A stretch of 64,000 nucleotides of DNA from an uncultured Flavobacteriaceae bacterium (GCA_963698455.1 CAVOQU010000012.1:83395-147394), one strand, 5' to 3'. Counted from the stretch's first letter, positions 1-11,371 are shown. Numbers and translations: made by a program. Notes: generated from the letters alone by a model not told the origin.

Positions 1-222
1 ATATCCTTCATGACGCGATCCTACCAAATAGGTAATATTTAAAGTAATTGTTTGCGAAGAATTGTCCGGAAACAAAAGCACTTTCATACCGTTATTTAAA
101 GCATATTCGGTAATCCCTTCTACACTGGCGGCTTTTTTTATTTGTGCATAAGAACTAGCACTTATTCCTATTAGAAGTAAAAAAAACATAGCCGTTTTTG
201 AAAATTGATGGATTTTGCTCAT
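1..222 (-). CDS. M16 family zinc peptidase (pitrilysin/PqqL-like), N-terminal part running off the window
   Basis: Not in the ORF track. Manual minus-strand translation from ATG at 222: [74 protein letters not shown], a signal peptide followed by the typical M16 N-terminus (GSRHE, which precedes HxxEH). Confidence 0.8.
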   Translation of the reverse strand, partial: MSKIHQFSKTAMFFLLLIGISASSYAQIKKAASVEGITEYALNNGMKVLLFPDNSSQTITLNITYLVGSRHEGY

Positions 223-455
223 AAAATAGTTGTTTTTCGATTTTCGTAAATATACAATTTACATCTTTTAAAAAAATGTTAAAATTTTATTTTTTATATG
301 TAATTACTTTCAAAACATGTTGTATTTATTGATAAATTTACATAATGTATAAAAGATATTATGCCCAACTTTTCTTTTAACCTAATGTTTGCATTTTGGG
401 TTTTTATTCCTCATAAATAATTGTATTTTTACCGTTCATAAAACCAAATCATTTA

Positions 456-1220
456 ATGGGTAAAATCATTGCAATTGCAAATCAAAAAGGAGGCGTTGGT
501 AAAACAACCACTTCCATTAATTTAGCGGCGTCACTTGGCGTTCTGGAAAAAAAAGTGTTACTTATAGATGCTGACCCTCAAGCAAATGCAACTTCAGGAA
601 TAGGAATTGATGTTGATTCTGTAGAAATAGGAACCTACCAACTTTTAGAACACTCAAGCACGGCAAGAGAAGCTATTATTAAAACAGAAACACCTAATTT
701 AGATATTATTCCTGCGCATATCGACTTAGTTGCTATAGAAATAGAACTTGTTGATAAAGAAGCTAGAGAATACATGCTAAAAAAAGCATTAGTAGAAATT
801 AAAGACGATTACGACTATATTTTAATTGATTGTGCTCCTTCTTTAGGTTTGTTAACACTAAATGCATTAACCGCAGCCGATGCCGTTATAATACCAATAC
901 AATGCGAATATTTTGCATTAGAAGGATTAGGTAAGCTTTTAAACACCATAAAAAGTGTGCAAAAAATTCATAATCCGGAATTAGATATAGAAGGTTTATT
1001 ACTTACTATGTATGATTCAAGACTAAGACTTTCAAACCAGGTGGTTGAAGAGGTTCAAAAACATTTTAACGATATGGTTTTTCAAACCATCATTCAGCGA
1101 AACGTAAAATTGAGCGAAGCTCCAAGTTATGGTGAAAGTATCATTAATTATGATGCAGCTAGTAAAGGTGCGAGTAATTATTTAAGTTTAGCAAAAGAAA
1201 TTATCAATAAAAACTCTTAA
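456..1220 (+). CDS. parA: ParA/Soj chromosome partitioning ATPase
   Basis: Deviant Walker A NQKGGVGKTT, IDADPQANAT, IDCAPSLG; directly followed by parB. Confidence 0.97.
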   Translation: MGKIIAIANQKGGVGKTTTSINLAASLGVLEKKVLLIDADPQANATSGIGIDVDSVEIGTYQLLEHSSTAREAIIKTETPNLDIIPAHIDLVAIEIELVDKEAREYMLKKALVEIKDDYDYILIDCAPSLGLLTLNALTAADAVIIPIQCEYFALEGLGKLLNTIKSVQKIHNPELDIEGLLLTMYDSRLRLSNQVVEEVQKHFNDMVFQTIIQRNVKLSEAPSYGESIINYDAASKGASNYLSLAKEIINKNS

Positions 1221-1223
1221 ATT

Positions 1224-2132
1224 ATGGCTAAGGCAATGAAAAAACAAGCTTTAGGTAGAGGTTTATCTGCACTTTTAAAAGATCCTAGTAACGACATACA
1301 ATCCGTTCAAGATAAAAATGCCGATAAAGTTATAGGTAATATTATTGAATTAGATATCGATTTTATTGAAGTAAACCCATTTCAACCGCGTACTAATTTT
1401 AGCGAAGAATCATTACGTGAATTAGCTTCATCTATTAAAGAATTAGGTATTATTCAACCTATAACAGTTAGAAAAATAGGTTTTAATAAATACCAGTTAG
1501 TTTCGGGTGAACGTCGTTATAGAGCTTCAAAATTAATAGGTTTCGAAACTATTCCTGCCTATATACGAATTGCAAACGACCAGGAATCGTTAGAAATGGC
1601 GCTGGTTGAAAACATTCAACGTCAGGATTTAGACCCTATTGAAATCGCCTTATCGTACCAACGTTTAATTGACGAGATTAACTTAACTCAAGAACAAATG
1701 AGTGAACGTGTCGGCAAAAAACGTTCAACAATTGCGAATTATTTACGTTTATTAAAACTAGATCCCATAATTCAAACGGGAATGCGCGATGGTTTTATTT
1801 CTATGGGCCATGGGCGTGCTTTAATTACTGTTGAAGACACCGCGACTCAATTAGATATTTACGAAAAAATACTTTCAAACGAACTATCAGTGCGAGATAC
1901 AGAAAACCTCGTACGAAACTACAATACGACGCAAGAAGTAAAAGTAGCACCGAAAAAAGAAGTAGAATCTGTTCCCAACCATATTAAAGATGGAGTTGGT
2001 GCATTTTCAGAATTCTTTGGGCATAAAATTGAAGTTAAAGTCGCTAAAAACGGAAAAGGTAAAATCACGATTCCTTTTCATTCAGAAGAAGATTTTAACC
2101 GTATTAAAAAACTAGTTCAAGGTGCCAAATAA
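1224..2132 (+). CDS. parB: ParB/Spo0J partition protein
   Basis: ALGRGLSALL N-terminus, NPFQPR, GERRYRA, ENIQRQDL and HTH region. Confidence 0.97.
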   Translation: MAKAMKKQALGRGLSALLKDPSNDIQSVQDKNADKVIGNIIELDIDFIEVNPFQPRTNFSEESLRELASSIKELGIIQPITVRKIGFNKYQLVSGERRYRASKLIGFETIPAYIRIANDQESLEMALVENIQRQDLDPIEIALSYQRLIDEINLTQEQMSERVGKKRSTIANYLRLLKLDPIIQTGMRDGFISMGHGRALITVEDTATQLDIYEKILSNELSVRDTENLVRNYNTTQEVKVAPKKEVESVPNHIKDGVGAFSEFFGHKIEVKVAKNGKGKITIPFHSEEDFNRIKKLVQGAK

Positions 2133-2736
2133 ACTTTTTATTGCTGGCCTATTTTCACTATTTTTTTGTTGGTGTTTAACAGCACAGGAAAAAAATAAGA
2201 AAAAAAACGAGATTCCTAAAGAGATCGTTACAGATTCAGTTATAGTTTTACAAGAAACCATAAATGCATTAGCCCCTGCTAAAGCCGCTTTTTATTCGGC
2301 TGTTTTACCAGGTCTTGGTCAAGCCTACAATAAAAGTTATTGGAAAATCCCATTAGTGTATGCTGGATTAGCTACAGGGGTTTATTTTTACACCTCAAAT
2401 AACAAAGAATACAACCGATATCGAGATGCTTATAAAAGCCGTTTAGCGGGTTTTACCAATGATGAGTTCTATTTAGACACGCAAGGCAATCAACTTTCTA
2501 CCCCCAGAGTCACAACAGATGGATTACAACGTGGGCAAGAATTTTACAAAAAAAATAAAGAAATATCACTTTTAGTGACCATTGGTATTTATGCCTTAAA
2601 CATTATTGATGCTAACGTAGATGCGCATTTAATGCAATATAACGTAGATGAAAATCTTTCTTTGGCACCACATTTTAAAATAAATGAGATTGACAGAACA
2701 AGCGATCTTGGATTAACTTTAAATTTTAAATTTTAA
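2122..2736 (+). CDS. DUF5683-type membrane protein
   Basis: SAVLPGLGQAYNK motif; usual Bacteroidota position between parB and dapB. Confidence 0.75.
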   Translation: MPNKLFIAGLFSLFFCWCLTAQEKNKKKNEIPKEIVTDSVIVLQETINALAPAKAAFYSAVLPGLGQAYNKSYWKIPLVYAGLATGVYFYTSNNKEYNRYRDAYKSRLAGFTNDEFYLDTQGNQLSTPRVTTDGLQRGQEFYKKNKEISLLVTIGIYALNIIDANVDAHLMQYNVDENLSLAPHFKINEIDRTSDLGLTLNFKF

Positions 2737-2738
2737 CT

Positions 2739-3443
2739 ATGAACATTGCTTTACTCGGATACGGAAAAATGGGGAAAACCATCGAGCAAATTGCTATAAA
2801 ACGTGGTCATATCATTGTTTTAACGGTTGACAAAGATGATGAAGGTTATGATATTACGAAAGCAGATGTTGCTATAGATTTTAGTGTTCCAACAGTGGCA
2901 TTCAATAACATTTCTAATTGTTTAAATAACGGCGTTCCTGTTATTTCAGGAACCACAGGCTGGTTACATGAATACGATAAAGCCGTTGCTTTATGTAAAG
3001 AAAAAAAAGGCGCTTTTATATATGCATCTAACTATAGTTTAGGCGTAAACATCTTTTTCGAGCTTAATAAAACGCTTGCAAAAATGATGAGTACATTAAA
3101 ACAGTATAACGTTTCTATGGAAGAAATTCATCATACGCAAAAATTAGATGCGCCCAGTGGTACTGCCATTACTTTAGCGAATGACATTATTGCAAATAAT
3201 TCTAATTTTGATAAATGGAAATTAGATGAAACGGGTGAAAAAACGATTCCAATTGTTGCGAAACGCATTGAAGATGTTCCTGGAACACACACTGTTAATT
3301 ACGAAAGTGAAGTAGATACAATTACTATAGAACACATTGCGCATACAAGACAAGGATTTGCACTCGGCGCTGTAATAGCTGCCGAATGGCTCGTAGGAAA
3401 AACAGGTGTATTCACAATGAACGATGTGTTAAATATTGGTTAA
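2739..3443 (+). CDS. dapB: 4-hydroxy-tetrahydrodipicolinate reductase
   Basis: GYGKMG, ISGTTGW, EEIHHTQKLDAPSGTA. Confidence 0.96.
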   Translation: MNIALLGYGKMGKTIEQIAIKRGHIIVLTVDKDDEGYDITKADVAIDFSVPTVAFNNISNCLNNGVPVISGTTGWLHEYDKAVALCKEKKGAFIYASNYSLGVNIFFELNKTLAKMMSTLKQYNVSMEEIHHTQKLDAPSGTAITLANDIIANNSNFDKWKLDETGEKTIPIVAKRIEDVPGTHTVNYESEVDTITIEHIAHTRQGFALGAVIAAEWLVGKTGVFTMNDVLNIG

Positions 3444-3509
3444 TACATCCACAAACGTGTAACATCAACAGTAAGTTTAACTACAAACTAAAAAATAAAA
3501 TTTTCGATT

Positions 3510-5088
3510 ATGACACTTATGCAATGGTTTATTTTTATTTTGATTATTCAGGTAATACATGGTTTAGGTACTTGGAAATTATATATTAAAGCAGGTAGAC
3601 AAGCTTGGGAAGCCTTTGTGCCAGTATATAATGGTATAATATTAATGAAGATTATAAACCGCCCTTGGTGGTGGGTTATTCTTTTATTTTTACCAATTGT
3701 AAACCTCATTATGTTTGCCGTTGTTTGGGTTGAAACCGCTCGAAGTTTTGGCAAGAACACTTATTTAGATACCTTTTTAGCTGTTATTACTTTAGGTCTT
3801 TACAACTACTATTTAAATTACGTTGCCGATGTTAAATACATCGAAAACCGAAATTTACACCCAAAATCTGCTTCTGGTGATTGGGTGAGCTCTATTTTGT
3901 TTGCAGTTGTAGCCGCAACCATTGTTCATACGTATTTTATTCAACCGTTCACCATTCCATCATCATCGTTAGAAAAATCGTTATTAGTAGGCGATTTTCT
4001 ATTTGTAAGTAAATTTCATTATGGCGCCAGAGTGCCTATGACAACCGTTGGAGCACCAATGGTACACGACACGATTCCATTTCTTAAAAAGAAATCTTAC
4101 TTATTTGATGATAATTTTTCGGATAAGAAAAACATCATGGGAAAACAAATTACAGTTGCCCTATTTACGCTTTCCGGCATTCGAAAAAATTGAAAGAAAC
4201 GACATTGTGGTTTTCAATCAACCTGCTGATACCTTGCTGGATATGAATGACTTTCATCCAGACAGAAACTATTACAAACCTATTGATAAAAAAACCAACT
4301 TAGTTAAACGATGTGTAGGTGTTGCTGGCGACTCTCTGGAAATTCGCAATGGCTATGTGTATATAAACGGCAAACAAAATGCATTACCAGACAGAGCACA
4401 TTTGCAATTTAGCTATCACGTTCAACCAAAATCTACACAATTTAATCCGGCATATCTTAAAGAACGTTATGACATTACAGATGGTTTTGGCATTATAAAT
4501 AATGAAAATACCTATTATTTTTCTGCTATTTCTGATGAAGCTCGGGACAAATTTAAAGATAATCCAAATGTTCTAAGTATTACACCTGCCCTGGCTAAAA
4601 AAGGAGAACCTAATTCTAGTATGTTTCCACACAACCCAGATTATAATTGGAATGTTGATTTCTTCGGACCCATTTATATTCCTGAAAAAGGAAAAACTAT
4701 TGAGTTGAATTTAAATGTTTTGCCTATTTACGAACGCGTTATTACGGAATATGAAGACAACACCTTACAGATAAGAGGTAACCAAATTTTAATTAATGGT
4801 GAAATTGCAACTAATTATACATTTAAACAAAACTATTACTGGATGATGGGAGATAACCGCCATAACTCTATCGATTCGCGTTATTGGGGGTTTGTACCTT
4901 TTGACCATGTAGTTGGAAAACCTGTTTTTATTTGGATGAGCTGGGACGGGAAAAAACCTCGTTGGGATAGATTCTTTACAACCGTAAGCGGAACTGGAAA
5001 AGCAACCTCGTTCTTCATTCCATTTATTGTTTTTTTGCTTGGATGGTTTGGTTATAATAAATATAGAAATCGCAAAAAAGATAATTGA
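3510..5088 (+). CDS. lepB: Signal peptidase I, split by one extra A near 4130
   Basis: First ORF has the catalytic Ser box (FTIPSSSLEKSLLVGDFLFVSK); second has VKRCVG and GDNRHNSIDSRYWGFVP. Removing one A from the run near 4130 joins the frames. Confidence 0.92.
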
Positions 5089-5092
5089 TTTT

Positions 5093-5171
5093 GTTTTTCC
5101 TACTAAGGCAGGAATACAGTTTAAAGTAGTCAAGATTCAATGAAAAAGATTCCTGCCTTCGCAGGAAAAAC
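5093..5171. repeat. Inverted pair of REP-like hairpins
   Basis: GTTTTTCCTACTAAGGCAGGAATAC (5093-5117) and AGATTCCTGCCTTCGCAGGAAAAAC (5147-5171) match at 21/25 as inverted repeats. Confidence 0.8.
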
Positions 5172-5178
5172 AGCAGCA

Positions 5179-5802
5179 ATGAACATCATCATACATCCAA
5201 CATATTTTCCAAACATTGCACATTTTGTGGCTATAACAAAAGCTGAATATGTCATGTTTGAAGTGGAGGATAATTTTCTAAAACAAACCTATAGAAACCG
5301 AACTTATATTTATGAAGCAAACGGAAAATTAGCTTTAAATATCCCTGTTATTCACACACAAAAAAACCGACAGAAGTATCGCGATGTCAAAATTTTTAAC
5401 GATACCAAATGGCAGGAATTACATTGGAAATCGTTACTTTCAGCTTACAGAACATCGCCGTTTTTCGAATTTTATGAACATGAATTACAACCATTATTCA
5501 GCATGAAAACAGAATATATTTTAGATTATAATTTGAAATGCTTTGATGTAATTTGCGAGTGTTTACAGTTAGATTTGAAGATTTCAAAATCTGAAGTCTA
5601 TCAGAAAACTATAGAAAACACGACGGATTATAGATTTTTGGTAAATGCGAAAAAAGAAAACCCTCAATGCTTTGATGAATACACGCAAGTTTTTAATGAA
5701 AAACATGGGTTTATTCCGAATCTGAGTATTTTAGATTTACTATTTAACGAAGGTCCCAACGCCCTAAATTATTTAGAATCACAAACCATATCACTTCAAT
5801 AA
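5179..5802 (+). CDS. WbqC family protein
   Basis: HPTYFPNIAHF, RNRT, YRTSPFFEFY, NLSILDLLFNEGP. Start placed at 5179 because the upstream MKKIPAFAG is REP-derived. Confidence 0.85.
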   Translation: MNIIIHPTYFPNIAHFVAITKAEYVMFEVEDNFLKQTYRNRTYIYEANGKLALNIPVIHTQKNRQKYRDVKIFNDTKWQELHWKSLLSAYRTSPFFEFYEHELQPLFSMKTEYILDYNLKCFDVICECLQLDLKISKSEVYQKTIENTTDYRFLVNAKKENPQCFDEYTQVFNEKHGFIPNLSILDLLFNEGPNALNYLESQTISLQ

Positions 5803-6110
5803 TGTTACAAACTTTAGCACATTATGGTTGCCATTTTTTGATTCCCTTAGGCGTGGCGTTCGTTTTTTATAAATCGAGTTGGAAATTTGCTTTTTTAATA
5901 ATGATTTTAGGCATGCTTATAGATTTAGACCATCTTTTAGCAACGCCCATTTTTGATTCAAATAGATGTAGCATCAACTTTCATCCACTTCACTCCTACT
6001 TTGCGATTGGTGTTTATGTATTGCTACTAATTCCGAAGAAAACCAGATTAATTGCATTGGGTTTGGTAATACATATTTTTGCAGACACAGTAGATTGTGC
6101 TTTAATGTAA
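5802..6110 (+). CDS. Small membrane protein (DUF6122-like)
   Basis: IDLDHLLATPIFDSNRCSINFHPLHS motif; hydrophobic. Confidence 0.7.
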   Translation: MLQTLAHYGCHFLIPLGVAFVFYKSSWKFAFLIMILGMLIDLDHLLATPIFDSNRCSINFHPLHSYFAIGVYVLLLIPKKTRLIALGLVIHIFADTVDCALM

Positions 6111-6152
6111 TTTTTCTATTTATATTAAGAAACTTAAAACTGAAACCGAAAA

Positions 6153-7178
6153 CTACTCTTTCAAACTTAAAGTAGCCATAATAGGATAATGATCGGAGTA
6201 ATGCTGATTATACGTTTTAAATCCGTTTACTTCAAAATCGGTATCTGCAAAAATATAATCAATTCGCACAGGGAAAAATTTAAAATCATAAGTACGTCCA
6301 AAACCATTTCCCGCTTTTTTGAAAGTATCATTTAAATCGCCTTTAATTTTTCGATACACATACGAATATGCTGTATTATTAAAATCGCCGCAAATAATCA
6401 TTTTATAATGACATTGGTTTTTATGTAACAAAAATATTTCAGACTGAAATTGTTGTCTTTTAAATGTATTCTCTACTTGTTTGAAAAGACGTGAAGTGCT
6501 TTCCTTTTTAAGTTTTTCAACATCTGTATCAATCTTCAATGATTGCAGGTGAATATTATAAATTCTAATGGTGTCTTTACCCTTAACAACATCAGCAAAT
6601 ATGGCATTATTCGCCGTATTAGGAAACTCTAACGATCCGGAATTTATAATGGGAAATTTAGATAGAATAACCTGTCCGTTATGTATTTTATTTCCAGATG
6701 TTTTTTCGAACTTATATTTAAAAAAAGATAAATCGACTTTAGGGTTAGGACGATAATCTTGAATACATAAAATATCTGGTGTTTCTGCTTTAATAAAATC
6801 TACAATTTTTGTGTCGATACTTTTCTCTGGAATCCAATCGTACAGATTAAACAATCTTACGTTGTAATTCATAACCTTAATATTATTTGGGCTCTCAATT
6901 TTTAATGAAGATGAAAATTTGTATAATGACCCAAACACTAATTGTCCAATTATAAGCACTACCAAAGAAATAAATAATTGCTTTTCCAACTTTACTAACC
7001 AGTACAAGAAAAATAAAACATTACATAAAATTAGAATAGGAACACTTAAACTAAGTACCGATAATACTGCAAAAGCTCTGGGTGGTAAAAAAGGTAAGGC
7101 GTAAGCTAATAATAACACGATAGCACCCAAAATATTGACCCAATAGACAGCTTTATTGATGGTGCTTAGTTTTTTCAT
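6153..7178 (-). CDS. Endonuclease/exonuclease/phosphatase family protein with N-terminal TM helices
   Basis: MNYNVRLF, ICGDFNN, RIDYIF and SDHYPI motifs. Confidence 0.9.
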   Translation of the reverse strand: MKKLSTINKAVYWVNILGAIVLLLAYALPFLPPRAFAVLSVLSLSVPILILCNVLFFLYWLVKLEKQLFISLVVLIIGQLVFGSLYKFSSSLKIESPNNIKVMNYNVRLFNLYDWIPEKSIDTKIVDFIKAETPDILCIQDYRPNPKVDLSFFKYKFEKTSGNKIHNGQVILSKFPIINSGSLEFPNTANNAIFADVVKGKDTIRIYNIHLQSLKIDTDVEKLKKESTSRLFKQVENTFKRQQFQSEIFLLHKNQCHYKMIICGDFNNTAYSYVYRKIKGDLNDTFKKAGNGFGRTYDFKFFPVRIDYIFADTDFEVNGFKTYNQHYSDHYPIMATLSLKE

Positions 7179-7213
7179 GGATCTATAGTGGTCTTAGCAT
7201 TTTTATTAAATTA

Positions 7214-8061
7214 TTATTTCCCGGATTTAAATAAAAATTCCTTTTCCTCGGCATTTAAACTTTCATAACCGCTTTTGCTTATTTTATCTAGAATCACATC
7301 AATTTTCTTTTGATGTGTAAACTCATTAAAATCGGATTTAGTATAACCTCCAACCTTACCTTTATTTTTATAAACAGTTTTTAAAGGTCCTTTCTTTGAT
7401 ACTTTAAATATTTTAGTCAAAGAATCTATTAATCTTTCAAACCCTTTACCAATATCATCTCCCTTTAACAATTGCTTTGCATAAACATACCCTAATAATG
7501 CACCTCCAAGATGAGCTAAATTTCCACCTGCATTTAATCCGAAAAGTCCAAAAACATCGAGAATAACAATAACCAATCCAACATGCCAAAGTTTTAAATT
7601 AATCACAAAAAAGCGAACATCTTGATTTGGCATATACGCACAAATAAAAATCAACAAAGCCCTAACTGCCGCCGAAGCACCAACTAAATTAGCGTTTGCT
7701 CCGAATAAGACTTGGAAACAGCGTGTAGCCTAACATAAATAACAACCCACCAGACATGGCTCCAAGAAAATAAATGTTTATTGCCATTTTAGCACTAAAC
7801 AAATTTAAAAACATGCGTCCAATAACATATAACCAAAGCATGTTAAACAGGATATGTAAAAAATCGTAATGTATAAAGGCATACGTAATAATGGCCCAGG
7901 GTTTTGTTAAGAAGGAACCAAAACTACTAGGTAATTCAAACCAGTTTAAACTAGATTTTAAAAAGTAATCCAATTGCAAAAACAATCACATTCACCGCAA
8001 TTATTTTTTCTAAAACATTTAAATTTTTAAGTTTAAATTTTATGTCGTTTGTTAAACTCAT
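7214..8061 (-). CDS. Rhomboid family intramembrane serine protease (frameshifted)
   Basis: FIHYDFLHILFNMLWL, VGASAAV, GNLAHLGG; C-terminal IDVILDKISKSGYESL. Confidence 0.85.
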
Positions 8062-8832
8062 TAATACCAGCGATTTTTATTAAATTGATTTCTTTTCCAA
8101 TACCACATGATAAGAAACCCTGTTAAAGCACCACCAACGTGTGCCATAAATGCGGTGTTACTCGGACTAAAAAATGATTGCCCGGTTATACCTGAAATTA
8201 AATCTAAAATAATAATCCCAGGAATAAAATACTTAGCTTTTATAGGTATCGGTAAAAAAATAAGCATCAATTCTGCGTTAGGATTCATCATTCCAAAAGC
8301 AGCTAAAATACCCATAATACAACCAGAAGCTCCTACCATAGTGGCATTAAATACTGGAAATATATTTTGCAATTCTACAAGTTGAGATGGCAGATACGGT
8401 ATCAAATACTTTATTCAGTTGAAAGCATTTGTATAATCTGATCTGTTGTAAACCCCGATGAAATTAAAGAATTGTAGTTTGGTAAGTATTGAAAATAATA
8501 AAAACCTACTTGCATTGCTACAGCACCTAAGACCTGCCGAAAAATAAATAAACAAAAAGCGTTTAGAGCCCAAAACCTGTTCTACTGGCGTACCAAACAT
8601 CCAAAGTGCAAACATATTAAACAAAAGGTGCATAATACTTAAATTTTCTAAGTAAGCACCACCGTGCATAAACATGTGCGTAATTATTTGCCAAGGTTTA
8701 AATACATGGTTTTTTGGAAAATACATCGCAAACCAATCGTAAAAAACACCATTATCTGATAAATAACGTTCCAATAAACATCATCACATTAATGATTATT
8801 AAATGCTTAACGGTTTCAGAAATCCTCATCAT
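8061..8832 (-). CDS. Rhomboid family intramembrane serine protease (frameshifted)
   Basis: PWQIITHMFMHGG, HLLFNMFALWMFG, MVGASG, AHVGGAL. Confidence 0.87.
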
Positions 8833-8835
8833 ATT

Positions 8836-10686
8836 TTATATAAATTTTTTATCCAATTCATCAACACTCATGGTTATAAATGTTGCTCTGTTTGTTGGTG
8901 ACACATTAGGTGCTTTGCAAGCAAACAGCTTATTAACTAAATGTTCCTGTTCTTCTTTTAGCAAGGACTGTCCTCGTTTTATAGCTAAACTTTTTGCCAT
9001 TGATTTTGCTAATAAATCAGTAGAACTAAAATTACTATCTGGTACTTCATTTTCAACATCACCAATTAATTGTTCTAAAATAATAGAAACTTCACTTTCT
9101 GGAACATTTAAAGGTACACCAATAATTTCTATAGTTTCTTTTGTAGTGTTTGAAAATACAAATCCTGTATGCTCCAAATCGCCTTTTAATTGATTGATTA
9201 TTTCAATTTCTTGCGTTGAAAAGTGTAGTTGAAGCGGAAATAGTAATTGCTGACTTACTCCTTCCTTTATGGTCATATTCTTGAGGAAATCCTCATACAA
9301 AACACGCTGATGTGCCCGATGTTGGTCGATTACCAACATCCCGGATTTTATAGTGCTTACTATATATTTATTATGAAGCTGATAGGTGGTTTGAATCTTA
9401 TCAATTTTATTTTCATCACTAAAAGCAGAAATGGTTGTTTCCTCACTTTCAAAATGAACCTCACTAAAATTGTGTTCTGTTTTCGTTCCTTTAGATTCTA
9501 ACCCAACATATAGACTATCCCAATTATTTAAGGTTTGCCTTTTAAAAGCTGTAATTTGCTTACCCGAGCTATAACTTTCTTTAAACGGGTTAAACGTTCT
9601 ATCTACTTCAATTACAGGCGTATTTGTGTCTTTTTTATCAAAATTGTAAGGTGTGTCTAAATTAGCATCGCGGTCAAAATCGAGTACCGGCGCAATGTTA
9701 AACTGCCCCAAACTATGCTTTACTGCCGAACGTAACAAGGCATACAATGTATGTTCGTCATCAAATTTAATTTCTGTTTTTGTGGGATGGATATTAATAT
9801 CGATACTTTGCGGATCAACTGTTAAGTTTAAAAAATAACTAGGATGATTTCCGGTTTTTAACAATCCATCAAATGCCGATGAAATAGCATGATTCAAATA
9901 CGGACTTCTAATAAATCTATCGTTTACAAAAAAATATTGTTCGCCTCTGGTTTTCTTTGCAAATACTGGTTTTCCAACAAAACCTGAAATATTTAAAACT
10001 TCAGTCTCTTCTTCAACAGGAACTAATTTTTCATTCGTTTTAGCTCCAAAAATATTTACAATGCGTTGTCTGTAATTGCTAATCGGTAGGTTGAAAGTTT
10101 CGCTACCATTATTATAAAAAGCAAAACTTATATTGGGATGTGCTAAAGCAACACGGTGAAACTCGTCAATAACATGACGTAATTCAACAGTATTCGATTT
10201 TAAGAAATTTCGTCTAGCCGGAATATTAAAAAATAGATTTTTTACCGAAATTGACGTGCCTTTTGGTGTTACTACCACATCTTGAGACGTTATATTACTA
10301 CCTTCTATTACAATGGCGCTTCCAACGTCGTCATACTCCTGTTTCGTTTTTAATTCTACATGCGCAATGGCGGCAATACTTGCCAAAGCTTCGCCACGAA
10401 AACCTTTGGTGTGTAAATGAAATAAATCTTCAGCAGTACGGATTTTAGAAGTAGCATGACGCTCAAAACTTAAACGAGCATCAGTTACACTCATGCCTTT
10501 TCCATTATCAATTACCTGAACAAGTGTTTTGCCAGCGTCTTTAATAATAAGCTTTATGGATGAAGCATCAGCATCAATAGCATTTTCTAATAATTCTTTA
10601 ACAACTGATGCCGGACGTTGTACAACTTCTCCAGCGGCAATTTGATTTGCAACATGATCGGGCAAAAGCTGTATAATGTCTGCCAT
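8836..10686 (-). CDS. mutL: DNA mismatch repair protein MutL
   Basis: ANQIAAGEVVQRP, KELLENAIDA, GFRGEALASI, DQHRAHQR. Confidence 0.97.
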   Translation of the reverse strand: MADIIQLLPDHVANQIAAGEVVQRPASVVKELLENAIDADASSIKLIIKDAGKTLVQVIDNGKGMSVTDARLSFERHATSKIRTAEDLFHLHTKGFRGEALASIAAIAHVELKTKQEYDDVGSAIVIEGSNITSQDVVVTPKGTSISVKNLFFNIPARRNFLKSNTVELRHVIDEFHRVALAHPNISFAFYNNGSETFNLPISNYRQRIVNIFGAKTNEKLVPVEEETEVLNISGFVGKPVFAKKTRGEQYFFVNDRFIRSPYLNHAISSAFDGLLKTGNHPSYFLNLTVDPQSIDINIHPTKTEIKFDDEHTLYALLRSAVKHSLGQFNIAPVLDFDRDANLDTPYNFDKKDTNTPVIEVDRTFNPFKESYSSGKQITAFKRQTLNNWDSLYVGLESKGTKTEHNFSEVHFESEETTISAFSDENKIDKIQTTYQLHNKYIVSTIKSGMLVIDQHRAHQRVLYEDFLKNMTIKEGVSQQLLFPLQLHFSTQEIEIINQLKGDLEHTGFVFSNTTKETIEIIGVPLNVPESEVSIILEQLIGDVENEVPDSNFSSTDLLAKSMAKSLAIKRGQSLLKEEQEHLVNKLFACKAPNVSPTNRATFITMSVDELDKKFI

Positions 10687-10977
10687 CTATTTTTTTGAAA
10701 AGAATATAGATAAATCGAAGTCGATAATTAACAAAAAGACAAAAACAAGAATTCCAGCAATTATTAAAATGCGTCTACTTGCAGCTTTATCTGGATTATT
10801 TTTTAATTCAGCAAAAGCATTTACAATTTTAGTTTTTAAACTGGTGTTAGGACCTACCGTTTTCCTGAAATCGTCGAATTTATGTTTAATTTCAAACGGA
10901 TTACCTTCACCTTTATCGTTATAATAACGCGGTGTATAACTGAATTTTTTGTTTTTACGCAATTTTAAAATTCCCAT
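10687..10977 (-). CDS. Small conserved protein with C-terminal TM helix
   Basis: MGILKLRKNKKFSYTPRYY... plus a hydrophobic C-terminus. Confidence 0.65.
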   Translation of the reverse strand: MGILKLRKNKKFSYTPRYYNDKGEGNPFEIKHKFDDFRKTVGPNTSLKTKIVNAFAELKNNPDKAASRRILIIAGILVFVFLLIIDFDLSIFFSKK

Positions 10978-10994
10978 AATTTCAAGGTTTTTAG

Positions 10995-11225
10995 TTATTT
11001 GAATCTTGAATCCAATATATACATACAAATCAATAATAATACCAAAACTATCACTAGCATGCGTATAGACATAACACCTCTTACTTTCGGTCTTCCTGTT
11101 CTATTGTTTTTCCATTTTGAAATAAAATCTCCTTGTTTAGCTTCATCTAAACTAGTATCTAATTCATTTTTTTTAGAAAAAAAGGATTGACTATTAAAGG
11201 TTTTATTTCTGCGTGGTTTAAACAA
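10995..11225 (-). CDS. Small protein with C-terminal TM helix (TTG start, uncertain)
   Basis: 76-aa ORF co-oriented between ribH and mutL; hydrophobic C-terminus. Confidence 0.55.
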   Translation of the reverse strand: MFKPRRNKTFNSQSFFSKKNELDTSLDEAKQGDFISKWKNNRTGRPKVRGVMSIRMLVIVLVLLLICMYILDSRFK

Positions 11226-11371
11226 ACTTTATGATTACTTAAACCTCAAAAATACTTAAAAATAGGCAGAAACAACGGATAGAATTGCTAAAAAATGTTA
11301 ACAAAAGGAGTGAATTGACAATTGATAATTGACAAATGAAAATTTAAGAACCAGATTAGCTTAATGCTATA

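Noticed and set aside
223-455. parS site or replication origin beside parAB
   Set aside because: No TGTTNCACGTGAAACA-like palindrome and no cluster of DnaA boxes seen by eye.
5140-5178. N-terminal extension MKKIPAFAGKTAA on WbqC
   Set aside because: It is a translation of the REP arm; the family-like sequence starts at the ATG at 5179.
8107-9838. Plus-strand ORFs opposite the rhomboids and mutL, and similar short antisense ORFs elsewhere in the track
   Set aside because: They fully overlap well-supported genes and show no recognisable motifs.
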